Origin: Paraspadella gotoi
Taxonomy: Eukaryota > Animalia > Chaetognatha
Assembly: GCA_051294375.1 (NCBI GenBank)
Contig: CM119268.1
Span: 23,086,256-23,150,255 of the forward strand
Direction: 5' to 3'
Length of the DNA stretch: 64,000 nucleotides
The notes below the pieces were generated by a model. That model made no database searches. It was given only the letters and a program-made list of their open reading frames with translations, and had not been told where the DNA came from. Below, one piece after another: positions 22,801 to 34,900 of this stretch. Positions within the stretch are counted from its first letter, which is position 1. Every line of letters starts with the position of its first letter. The position numbers and the translations under genes were made by a program.

Positions 22801-25800
22801 ATTAAATATTTTTTTTTCAAAATACCTCTAAAAATTAAAACATTCCATCTAATTCTAAATCGTCGACTAAATTCCTTTTATCAAAAATGTTATTGGTGGT
22901 GTTTTGTTGTGTGAGCAATGTTAGAAAGAAGGATGAGAAAGAAGTTCTTCAAGAGAAGATTAGATATTTGAGCACTACTGTCTTTTTGTGTTTTCGTGTA
23001 CGGGATTGTTGGTGGGTGGTGGGGCGGTTATGTTCGTGAGGTCTTGGGTTGGGTATGGTCGAAACTGACATGGGGTGAGTTAGATTGTGTTTAACTTGTG
23101 GCGGAGTCGTTCAGGTGTGTACTTTGTTTCTTTGGGGTTCGGCTGGTGGTGTGGAGGGGTCGGATTCTGTGTTTGCGCGGCCCTTTGCCTTTGATACAGA
23201 ATACAGAATACAGAATAAATACAATAAAATAAATACATGTACAAATATAACGATTGAACGATAAAGTTTGGGTTTCTCTCTGTAAGTGAGTTCGGACGGT
23301 CCGGGTTTGTGTTTTTTTTTCTTGGGTTTTTGGCGTTTGTGGCGTTTTGTTATCGCGGATTGTGTGGTTGGTTATCGGTATGGGTGTTGTGCCGTGTGGG
23401 AGTGTGGTCTGTCGCCCGTGGTGTCAGTTTTTATTTGCGACGGCTTGTCTCGTTTGTGTTGTGTCGATGTTTTGCAGGTGGTGTGTGCCGCGGTTAGGTA
23501 AACGGATGTAGAGGTGAGGTAGCTGATGTGGGTTTAAGTGGGTTGTGATGCGTTGTTATGTGTGAGTGTTGTTGTGTGAGTGAGGTGTGGATGTTGTGCG
23601 CTTCGTAGGTGGACTCAAATGATTCTTGAACTTATTTTCGAGAGAGTGGAGTTGGTCTGGAGGATGGTGCTCGGGAGGCGAGAGAGAGAGTGTATATCGC
23701 GAGGAGTGTGAGTGTGTTCGACGCGCGAGTTGTGCAGAGTGTGAGGGGTGCGGATGAAGAGAGTTGTGATATGTATTGTCTCGTTATGAGTGTGAATGGT
23801 TGTTAGAGAGAGAGTGAGTGTGTGCGTGTCCGAGCGAGAGGATACGATCTGCTGAGCGAGTTGTGAGTGCGTACATGGCAGCTTGGGGCCGTTGATGGTG
23901 GCTGAGGATGGTTTTAGTGCTTGGGTTGGTTGGTGGGTTGCGATTCTGAGTGCGTAGGTTGTGGTTTTTAGTGACGTGTTTAGGGTGTCTATTGTTTTGT
24001 GCGTGTGGGGGTTGCGTGATGTGTGTAGGTGTCGAGTGTGTGTCGCGGTGGGATCTGTTTGTAGTGGTGGACGCGAGGTGTGCGGGGCTGGGTGGTCGGC
24101 GTTGGAGAGCGAGAGTCGTTGGGTTGATGGCGATGGTTTGAGTGGTAATCACGGAGTCACGTTGAGTGCGCGGGGTGTGGTATGTTGGTTTTGTTGGGTG
24201 CGCGTTAGTGTGATTCTTGGTGGGTGTTGGGGGTGGTGGTCGTCGGGTTTTGGTTGCGCCGCGTGGCTACGTGTTTGCTGTGTGCGTGATCAGTTGATTT
24301 TTGCCGCGGGTTTGTGGTTGCACGTGCGTGTGAGTGTCCGATGCGGTGGTTGCTCCAGGGAAGTTCTAACAGCCCTAGCGGGAAAATGACAGTTGTTTGG
24401 GCGCTGTTTCGGGTTGGCTGTGCGTGGTTGTGCAGTCAGAGAGTTGGCGTGGGCGGAGTCGGTGTTGGGTGTGGGTTTTGGAGTGGTCGTGGAGGTGTGT
24501 GCGGAGATGTTGCGCCGTGGTGTGGTGTGTGGTTTGGTTGTGCGGGTGGGGTGGTTTGGTTTGTCGTGTCGGTGTGGCTGGGGTGTGGTTGTGGGCGTGG
24601 TGTCGGTGCTTGGTGGTTGCGAGTGGTTAGTGGCGTAGATAGAGGGAGCGTGTGGGTGGTGGGGTTGGTGTGTGTAGTGGTGGTTGAGATAACTTTTGTC
24701 TGACAGACCTGCACAAACAATTCTAAACCAGGAACTTTCTGGCTTCCAATTAAGGATCTAGCTTGCTCTAACTCCAACCTAGCCTGCCTCACTAAAGACC
24801 ATACTTACTCTAACTCAAGGGATTGATTGATTGGCGGTTCGTTGGTAGTTTGGTTCGGTGAGGCGTGGTGAGCGGGTTAAAGAACCGTGGTCAGCGTTGG
24901 TGGTGCTGCGGTGTGTCGTCACGGTGCGGGTAGGTGGGAGGAGTGGTCGCGTGCCGACGAACTCCGTCCCGTGGCGTGGTTGGAGGTGTCGTGAGCTGCT
25001 GTGTTTGTTTGTTGGGGGGTGTTGTGGTGGGGGGGGGGGTGGGTTGGGGGCGTGTGGGTTGTTGGTGTGTAGGTGTTGTTGGTGTGTGTTCGCGTTGGTG
25101 CGTTTTGGGCGTGCGTGGCGGTGCGGTGCGGTTGTTGGGGCCTGTTGGTTCCGTGAGTCTGTGATGTGACGTTGGTGTTGGACATTTGTGTGGCGTGGTG
25201 TGTTGGCGTGGGTTTTACTGTGTTGTGTGGGCGGGTGCTTGGGTGTTCTGGTGCGTGCTAGATGAGTGGGTTGGTTGCGGCGTGTGCTGAGCTCGGGTGC
25301 GGTGTTTTGGGTCTGTTTTGGTTGTGTGTGTACTTTGTGGTGTGTTATGGGGCACAACCATCATCCTGCGGGTCAAATCCCATTCGACGTCTGACCTTAC
25401 CCAATCAACTTTTTGTGGTGGAGGAAGGTCCGACTTCGCAGAAATCTCTCCTTAGACTTACCTCACGGTTATCACGCGGTGAAACGAATTTAATCGGAAA
25501 ATCATTCACGTCTCGATTCGGAATTATTTCCAATTGGTGATTTGTATAAAAAATCGATTGTGAAAAACTCATTCACGTTTAAATTCATCTTCTTTTTTCA
25601 TCAAAATTGTGACTTCGTGGAACAAATTTCACTCGAGTGTCGCCCTAACTGTGAACTCTATCCGAGTCACTTCAAGCAGACGGATCAATCTCGCCGAGAT
25701 TCACAGAAACGACCGGACGATAGAACCCAACAATAAAATCAACGTTCGACCCAAATCTCTCTCCTCAATTCCTTCTCTTCTTCCATCGCTGATCCACATC

Positions 25801-28238
25801 CTGGAACCACGCCTGATCGCCGGGAGCCTTGCGACCAAATTCCGGCAAATCAGCTTCGTCGACGCCCGTCCCTCGAATCGCTTTGCATCGCCGAGTCTTT
25901 GGAAGGCGATTCACTTCCTTCGAGTCTCCGTCAGAGTCGAGTTTGAAGTTTTAAAATCAAAGGGAGAATCGTCGATCGATTCGTCGGAGTTCAGAAGTGA
26001 TTTCGTTTGAAAGGAAGATTAATCGATCGTCGGCCGACGTTGGCTTCGATTGTCGACGTCGCTGAAGACGGCGGTCTGCCTGTCAGATCTCTAGTAGAGG
26101 CATCAAGGTGGAGGCGATGATTATTTGCTTGATATTTGAAAGCTTGGAAGGTCCTGATTATGTTGTGTGTCATTGGTCCGGTGGGAGATTAGTTTGTGTT
26201 TGCGTGTTTCTGTTGTTGGTATTTTTTTTGCTTTAACTCACCATCGCGCAGTCGAAAGTCAGAAGTCATTATATATATATATTAATATAATTGAATGAAT
26301 GAATATTTTTGATTGTGTTGAACCAATTTCATTGGAAGCAAAAGAAAGATGCAATAGTGAAAAGGTTAGGAAAATGTTGACATGGGTCAGAATTGTAGGT
26401 TAATTTCAATTGTATTGGTTAAATACATTTTTTTGCAGGTATATATAAGAAATGTGTGTACAACCAATATAAATTATCCATTATTTCATAAATATAAGCT
26501 ATCTTGCCCCTGACTTTGGACAGGCTTTGGTGGTTTAAGGCCTCCATCAGATAATTACATAATTACATAATTACATAGCAGGTCCTGCAGAGCTTTTAAT
26601 CAAGATCTTCTCAAATGTGTTTAATTCATATTATTCGCGACCTCCCAAAGAAATAAATAAGAAGGTTGTTATACATTCTAAGCAACATGAAATTAATTTA
26701 TTGCATACAGAATAAGAATTTTCTTTTATCTTATTTTCAGAAGAAATTCGCAAATTTCCAACTTTCCCTTTCAGACTCCGGCGGATCCTCAAACGCGCCG
26801 CCAGCGTTCTCCCGCCGCCGCCGACGCTGCAGCGGCGAAGGCCCCAAGAATGCGTCGACGCGCCCCTGGCGACGAAACGACGACGACGGCCGACGATGAC
26901 GACGACGACGAAGCAACCGCGACCGGAAAACGCTCTCCGCTCCGGCCACGCCCCTCGCCGTGGCGCCGCTAACGCCAGGGCTGCGTCGCTCGCCCACTGC
27001 AGCGGGGCGGCGGGCGGCGTCGCCCGGCGTCGTGGGACTAAAAATCCGGCGTCAAATCTCCGCCTGGATTCTTCGTCAATGTTCGGTGGGAGAAGATTCG
27101 AATGATAGCTTTCCGGATGAACAGGAGGGTTCGGAGGGAGGTGGGGGAGGGGGAGAGAGGAGGAATGAGAAGGGGAGGGTGAGAGGGGGAGTGGGGGAAG
27201 GAAGATGGGCAAGGAGAGGAGGGAGAGGGAGTTAGGGAGGGAGTGAGGGAAGAAGGGGAGAGGGCGAAGGGGAAAGGGAGGAGAGAGGGGAGAAGGGGAA
27301 GAGGGAGAAGGGGGAGGAGAGAAGGAGAGAGGGGTAGAGGGTAGGAGGAGAGGGGGAGGGGAAGAGGGGGAAGGAAAGGAGGGGGAGGGAGAAGGGAAGG
27401 GAGAAGAAGGGGAGGTGGGGAGAAGGAGGGGTAGAGGGTAGGAGGAGAGGGGGAGGGAAGGGGGAAGGAAAGAGGGGGAGGGAGAAGGGAAGGGGAAGAA
27501 AGGGAGAGGGGAGGGAGAAGGGTAGGGAGAGAGGGAGGGGTAGAGGGTAGGAGGAGAGGGGGAGGGGAGAGGAGAAGAAAGGGGGAGAAGAGGGAGAGGG
27601 GGAATGGGAGAGGGAGAAGGGGGGGGAGGGGTAGAGGTAGGATGGAGAGGGGGAGGAGGGGGAGGAGAAAGGGAAAGGGACAAGAAGGGGGGAGAAGGGG
27701 AGTGAGGGAGGAAGAGAGGGGCAAGGAGAGATGATTAAAAGAGAGTCATAGAAAAAATTCAAAGTTTAATTATTTGAATTAAAAATTAAGAGATGCCGAA
27801 AATTATTTATTAGTCGGGTATTACAGAAATAGTTTTTTATAGTTCAACATCTGTGGTGTTTGAAAATAACACTGATTCGATGGAAATATGATTAATTGGG
27901 AAATTCTATGACTTCCCCTGTGCTGGCATCAAGAGATAAAGAAATTTGGAAAAGATCCTAAACTGTATTTTTCCAGATTGGTTCCAATGCCAAAACTGTA
28001 TAACTTTTTTTTCAGGTTCCGGAACAGCTCCGGCGAACCGGAAATTCGATGGACTGAAGAAAAATGAGGATGAGAAAGCTCGGCGCCGGTTTTTTTCTTC
28101 CAATTTGACATCCGAAAAGATTCAGAGAAGGAAGGTCGAGAAGAGGAGAAGGAGAGGAAGAGAGGGAGGGGGAGGAAGGGAAGGGAAGAGAGGGAGGAAG
28201 AGAGGGAAGAGAAAGGAGAGAGAAGGGAGAAAGAGAAA
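16540..28238 (+). other. Copy A of the PTP-gene 5' region; error-rich and probably a gap-fill artifact
   Basis: Collinear with 28264-39915 and with islands of 39941-46100. Contains kilobases of G/T-rich noise and ends at a 25-N gap (28239-28263). Confidence 0.85.
17291..17314. promoter_or_regulatory. ETS (CCGGAAGT) + E-box (GTCACGTGAC) composite motif; repeated at ~29018-29042
   Basis: accggaagtaatgtcacgtgaccgg lies just upstream of ATGCAGCAGCAGCAAATG; possible distal promoter. Confidence 0.4.
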
Positions 28239-28263
28239 NNNNNNNNNNNNNNNNNNNNNNNNN

Positions 28264-28583
28264 GAGAAGAGAAAGAGATAAGATAGAGAAGAAAGAAGAA
28301 TTGATAATTCTTATCATTTGGTCATTAGAACCATAACGAGTATATAAATAATGAAATGAAATGAACCAAAAAGAAATGAAATGAAATGATATGAACCCAA
28401 AGAACTAAAATGAAAATAAAAGAAAATAAAGGATATGAAATTGAAATGAAATACAAAATGAATTGTAGATCCTTCATTTATTCTCTCATTTTCATAATAT
28501 GCTCTCTCTCTCTCTATCTCTTTCTCCCTCCTCTTTATTTCTCCCTCTCTTTCTCCCTCTCCTTCATTCCCTCCCTCTCTTCC

Positions 28584-28660
<77 letters not shown>

Positions 28661-28958
28661 GACCGCTCACACATTGATGCATCTTCGATTTCCATTCAAG
28701 ACAGTTGAAGCTTTCATTCATTATTCTAGGATCGCGATGACTCTCTCTCTCTCTTACTCTCTCTTTCCCTTCTCTTTCTCTCTCTCTCTCTCTCTTACTC
28801 TCTCTTTCTCTCTCTCTCTCACTTACTCTCTCTCCCCTTCTCTCTGCTCTCTCTCTCTCTCTTTCTCTTCTCTCACTTACTCTCTCCCTCTCTCTCTCTT
28901 CTCTCTCACTACTCTCCTCTCTCCTTCTTCTTCTCTCTTCTCTCTCTCCTCTCTCTCT

Positions 28959-28997
<39 letters not shown>

Positions 28998-31900
28998 CGC
29001 TTCTAGAAGACGTTCGAACCGGAAGTAATGTCACGTGACCGGCTCCACCAATGGGAAACGAGATGCAGCAGCAGCAAATGCACTTGCCGCAGCAGGAAAA
29101 GCAGGAGAACGCTGCGACGACGCAGCCTCGTTTCCGCTCTTCGACTGTTGGAGGAAAAAAAAGTCGTTGATAGAAAGAATTTGTAGTCGTCGTCGTCGTC
29201 GTCGTCATTGTTATCATCATTGTTGTCATTATTGACATTATCATTGTCATCGTTGATTTCGTAGTCATCATCGTCACTATTGTCATCATTGTCAACGTCA
29301 TAATCAATTTCATTGTCATCTTCCATCTTCATCATCTTTTTTTTTTGTCGCTGTCATCACCGTTATAATTATCATCATAGTTATCGATGTCATTGTTGCT
29401 TTTGTCATTGTTGTCATTTTTGTCATTGTCGTCGTCATCGTCATCTTCATCGTCGTCTCTGTCGTCGTCGTCGTCATCGTCGAGTGGAAATCTCGAATGT
29501 TGAGGCTGACGGAAGTGAAAGACTTTTTTGTGAATGGAAGAGAGAGAGAGAGATAGATAGCGAGAGGGAGAGAGAGAGAGATTGCGTGGGTTGTATTCAT
29601 TACATCTCTCTCTCTCTCTCTCTCTCTCTCTATTCATCGTCGGGAGTGAGAAGTTCCCTTCTCACCGATTGCGGGTGACGAGAGTCCCCGCGCTCTTGTC
29701 TTCATTGTCCCGTTCCCAGGTGAACCGTTCCCCTCCCTAAAGAGTGGATTGAAAGGGGCGAATCGACCTTTAATTGTAGAGATATTTACGTAAGTTAATA
29801 AATTTAAATTTATTAAAAACAATGATTTTACTTGTTATTGGATTTAAGAAAAAATCTTTGGTTCTTGTTATGAAATATTGGTACGAAAGCTACCAACATT
29901 ATAAAAATAATATTATTTACATTTCATTATGTTACGCATTATACTTAACAAGGTTCTTATTATTTGTGAAGACATCACACAATACAAGAGGTCGAAACAT
30001 GTCCAGATTATTTGTCGTTGTTGGCCTACTTTTTTTTCTTTTCCTAAATTCGAAGCGGGACGGAGGGCGCAAGCGAAAAGAGAATTAAAACCACAGTTTC
30101 TACCAATGCAAAGCAAAATCATAATATTTTAAAAAAAATTAACACTGGGGTGTTCTTTGTTTCTGTTCTTTTGTCTTTGTTCTTTCTTTCCTTTTATCTT
30201 TCTTTCTCTGACGCTACTGATGGAGACGCATGAAGGGGAAGATGGAGAGTGTGGGAGAAGAGGGACATTAAGAGAGAGAGGTGTAGGGGTGGGTGGGATG
30301 TCTTGTTTGTGTGTGTTGAGGGTTGGTCTGTGGTGGTCTTTTCTTTCGTTTTGTCTTGTCTGTGTGTTCTTTTCCTTTCTTTGTTTTTTTTTTATTTTTT
30401 CTTTTTTTCTTTCTTTTTTCTTTCTTTGAGCTGTTCTTTCAACTTTCTTTCACTTACAAAAATTTTTCTCTAATCACCCAATAAGTCATACCATATCATG
30501 CTAATATCATACAAACGTTTCATTTCAGCAGTGGGGAGTTGAGCATGGGGGCGCCAGGCGGAGGCGATGCGGCGCGTTCGTTTCAAAAATTTGCAAGGTG
30601 CAAACAGTCCATCTCAACGTACTGGCGGATGCAGTAAGTCTGCCAAGGTAGCAGATGGCACTCTGGCGGTGTTTGCACCCGAGAACTTTCCGGTTCCAAG
30701 GAGAGGAAGGAACGGATTTTTCGCCTTGAAGCTACGAAACCAGCGCAGACGATAACGAGGCGGGTCATCTTATTCTGTCTGTGTCTCTCTTCTCTCGGTT
30801 TCGGTTCGATGTCGCGTCTTGTTGGTCGGTAGTGTTCGGTCGTCTGGTGCGGTTCGGTGTGTTATATTGGTAGGGTGTTAGTGGGGGGGGTCTGTCGTAG
30901 TGTTGGTGTCGGTGGCTTCGGATCGGGGGTTATTGATGCTGGGTGCTGATTGTTCTCGGGTGGTTGGTACGTGGGTCGTTGAGGGTGTGCGCTGTGTTTT
31001 GTTTTGCTCGTCTTCATGTGTTTAGGTTCGTGAGATGGAGTTGTCAGTGTGTGTCTGGTGCGTGTGTGTCTTCTGACTAGTCCGTTGTCTCGTGCCGGTG
31101 ACTGTCTTCTTCTGAGTAGTCTTAGTTTTGCGGTTCTTGATTTTCTTGTGGATTGTTATGTGTTTTTTCTTTCTTTTCTGCGAGAGATTCGGATTTTGGT
31201 TAGCTTTGACATTTGGTGGTTATTGGTTTTGAGGATGATTGCGTTGTTGTAGTCTTATCTTTCTTGTCTTAGGAGTCGTTAGAGGTCTTTCTTATGTGGA
31301 AGGAGAGAGGTAAGAGAGCTGGTGGTGTGGGGAGAGGGGGGATTCGTGGGTAATTGAGATAAGTGTGGTTGTTATCGTTTGTTTGTGGTGAGGATGATTG
31401 ATTGGGTTTGTCTCTCGTCTGTATGACTTCTGGGGTCTGGTGTGGGCTTTGGTTGAGTCCGATTTCTGTTTCTTTTTTATCTTGATATCACTTATGATAC
31501 TTGGTCTCTGTTTCTTTCGTTGATCTTTTCTCCATATTCTTCAGTTTGCGATGTGCTCTTTTTTCTTTTTTCTTTTTTGTTCTTTTCAGATCTTTGAGCT
31601 TTTTTTTCAATATCATTTTGTTCTGCCCATTCATGATTGTTTCTTTTTTTGCTGCTCGACACACGTGAACAGGGACAGAGGATGAACTGATCTTTCGCTC
31701 TGCGCGTCGAGGGTGTCTCACTCCGTGGGGGGAGACGGGTCCGAGCTCTCGGGAACAATCGTTAGAGGTAGTTCCTTGCTTCAATACAAACGCGCATTGA
31801 GAAATTTTCCTTCACGGAGAGGTCGTTCCCTTCCACGTCGTCGCCGAACCCTCAAAGCTCCAGCATTCATTAGAGACCAAGTCAGAAAAGCGACACTGTG

Positions 31901-34900
31901 TTCGTTTTGGAGTTGAGCCAAGGTATAGCAAACAGCTTAATTTATAAAATGTGGTTGGTATAGGGCGGATCTCTGAGTGGGCATGGCGTAGAGAAATAAG
32001 ACGACGCTTGATTGGCTTAGATTAGCCGAAGTAAGGAGACGTCCCGGAGCGGTCGCGCGCGTAAGAGGGAGTTATACCGGGGTGAACGAAGCCATGTGAG
32101 TGCTTACCACTAGGGAGCTACGGATCGGAGTGCGTGTTGGGCTTGGTGCTGGTAGAGGGTTGTGGGTTGTGTTGGTGGTGTGTGGGTTGTGTTGGAGTGT
32201 TCAGGTTGGTCTGGGTTGGGGTGGGTGTGTGTTGGTTTTGCGTATGTGTGCGGAGCGCTCGTGGTGGTGTGTGTTGGGTGGTGGTAGGGAAGCCGTTGTT
32301 TGACGGGAGTTTGGTGTGATGTGGGGTAGGGGGGTGGTGTGTGGTTGTGTTTGTTGTGGTTTTGGTTAGTGGTCTGTGTGGTGTGGTGGGACGGTGTGCG
32401 GTGTGTTGGGTTTGCGGTCGTGGTGTCGGTAGGTCTTGCTCATCGTATCCTCATCGTCGTACAAGAAATCGGGGCTTCTCTTCAGGAGGACAGCATAGGA
32501 GAGACTCGTCCAAGCCAGTCATCTTCTAGTGGTTCGGGCGGTTCGATAGCTCGCTGAGTGGTATGGGTTTCTGTGGTGTTGTGTGGGATGGTGTGCGGTG
32601 GTGGGGAGGTGCGTTTGTTACTTGCGTGTGGCTCGGTGATGTGGGTGGGTGGTTGGTGTTGTTTGTGTATTGTTGGCTGTGTTTATGCTGCGGTGGTCGA
32701 GGGACGGTTCTATCAAGCATGGTTCTGGTTTGTTTGTGGTGTTGTTTGTTGGCGTGGTGTGGGAGTTTGTGTTTTGTTGGGTGTGGGTGTGGTTGTTTCT
32801 GGTCGGGTTGTTGGTTGTTGGGTGGGTGTTTTGTGCGTGGGGCGTGTTGTTATGGTTTGGTGTTTATGCTCGTGTGGTTGGTGTGTGTGTTGTGTGTGTG
32901 GAGGTTTGTTTGTGTGAGGTTTGTGTTGTTGTGTTGAGTGGTTGGTGGTCTGTGTGGCGGTGCGTATTTTGGTTGGTTGTGTGGTTGTGGTGGTGGTGGC
33001 GTGTGGGTGTGGTGGTTGAGTTTTGTGTGTGTTGGGTTTGTTGTTTTTTTGGGGTTTGTGTGTGGTGAGAGGGTGGTTGTGGGTGGGGTGCTGTGATGGT
33101 GGGTTTATGTGGTTGTCGTGGGTTTGTGTCGGTGGTGTGGGTTCGGCTGGGTGGTTCTGCGTTCGTTGCGTCGGTCGTTTGGGTGGCTTGTTGGTGTGCG
33201 GGGTTGTTGGTTGTGTGTTGTTCGCGTGCGAGTGTATTTGTTGTTCGGTCGTTGGTGTTGTGGGTGGTTGTGTGGGTGTCGTTTGTTGTTCTTCTGTGTG
33301 GGGTGTCTGGTGTCGGTTGGTGTGGGGTTGTTGTTGGGGTTGTGTGTTTTTTTGTGGTGGTGGTGGTGTTTGGTGTGTGTTTGTTTTGTGGTCGTGTTTT
33401 CGTTTGGTGTGGTTTGGTTTTGTGTGGTGTTCCTTGTTGTGTTGGGGTGTAGGTGGGGGTTTTGTTGGTGCGTGTTTGGGTTGTTGGGTGCGTATGGTGG
33501 TTGGTGTGTGATTGGTTGCTTGTGGGTGTTGTGTTTGGGGTTGGTTGTGTTGTGTGTTGGGTTCGGGCGTGGTTGTTGTGTTTGATTGGTGTGGGTTGTG
33601 TTTTGCTGGTGTGTGGTGGTTGTGTGTTGTTGGTGGTGGCGTGTTGGTGTGGTGGTGGTTGTTGTTGTGGTTGTGTGGTGTGGGTGTGGTAGGTGTGTTT
33701 TTGGTGTCCATCAATTCCACATATCCTCCTCTCCTCACATCGAAAACGACTCCAGTACTCTAATCTTCTACTACCCTTCTCAATCTTCATTGCAACTAAG
33801 TCCTCTACGACGTAATACTGACGGAGTGCGGGTCTCTCGGCAAGTAAGAGGAAGTCAGTATAGTCCTCCCACTCAGGTCGCTCTCTCTCTCGGTCTTCTG
33901 ATGCACGAACGAAACGCTCAATTGGAAAGCGCTGTCAATTCATAGGAATTTTCTAGTTGGAATTCTCGGATGCTTTAGGTACAAGGATAAATTGGCCAAA
34001 GCGGAACAACTCTCTCTCTCGGTGAGAGTCTCGAATCGTCTCTTCTCTCTCAAGTCTTCTCAGATCCTCGTCTCGTCTCTCCAGTAACGCACGATCGAGG
34101 TATCCTCGGAGGGGCGAGACGGTCCGGCACACCGTACTGGCTCGGCTGTTGTGGTTTTTTTGTTAGTGTTTATTGTGTGTTGGGCTTTTGGTCCTCGCGT
34201 TGGTTGGTGGGGTGTGGTTTCGGTGTGTTTGTGTGGGTCAGTTTGGGGTTTGTGGATGTGTGTGGTTCGTGGGGGTTGGTGTGGTCCTATCGCTCTCGTG
34301 GGTTTTGGGTGTGGTGTTTGGTGCCGTTTGGTAGTGTCTCTCTGTCTCTCTCTCCTCTCGCTCTAAATCTAAATCAATAAAATTCGTATTAAAAACTTTA
34401 AAACTGGAACGATTAAACATCGTCCATAATATTTTAATTTTTTAATCCTTGTTTAAGCTGTAAAATTAACCATTTAACAAATTAAATATTTTTTTTTCAA
34501 AATACCTCTAAAAATTAAAACATTCCATCTAATTCTAAATCGTCGACTAAATTCCTTTTATCAAAAATGTTATTGGTGGTGTTTTGTTGTGTGAGCAATG
34601 TTAGAAAGAAGGATGAGAAAGAAGTTCTTCAAGAGAAGATTAGATATTTGAGCACTACTGTCTTTTTGTGTTTTCGTGTACGGGATTGTTGGTGGGTGGT
34701 GGGGCGGTTATGTTCGTGAGGTCTTGGGTTGGGTATGGTCGAAACTGACATGGGGTGAGTTAGATTGTGTTTAACTTGTGGCGGAGTCGTTCAGGTGTGT
34801 ACTTTGTTTCTTTGGGGTTCGGCTGGTGGTGTGGAGGGGTCGGATTCTGTGTTTGCGCGGCCCTTTGCCTTTGATACAGAATACAGAATACAGAATAAAT

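Noticed and set aside
20420-25360. Long Thr/His/Pro/Gln-rich (mucin-like) and Val/Gly/Cys/Trp-rich ORFs (e.g. 21033-22058, 341 aa) and their copies at +11,680
   Set aside because: They arise from stop-poor G/T-biased noise that is open in several frames on both strands, and are absent from the clean copy of the locus at 39941-43600.
25350-27170. Frameshifted PTP exon copies (also 37035-38820) as pseudogenes or paralogs
   Set aside because: Differences from copy C are mostly scattered 1-nt indels typical of raw long reads; better explained as artifact copies.
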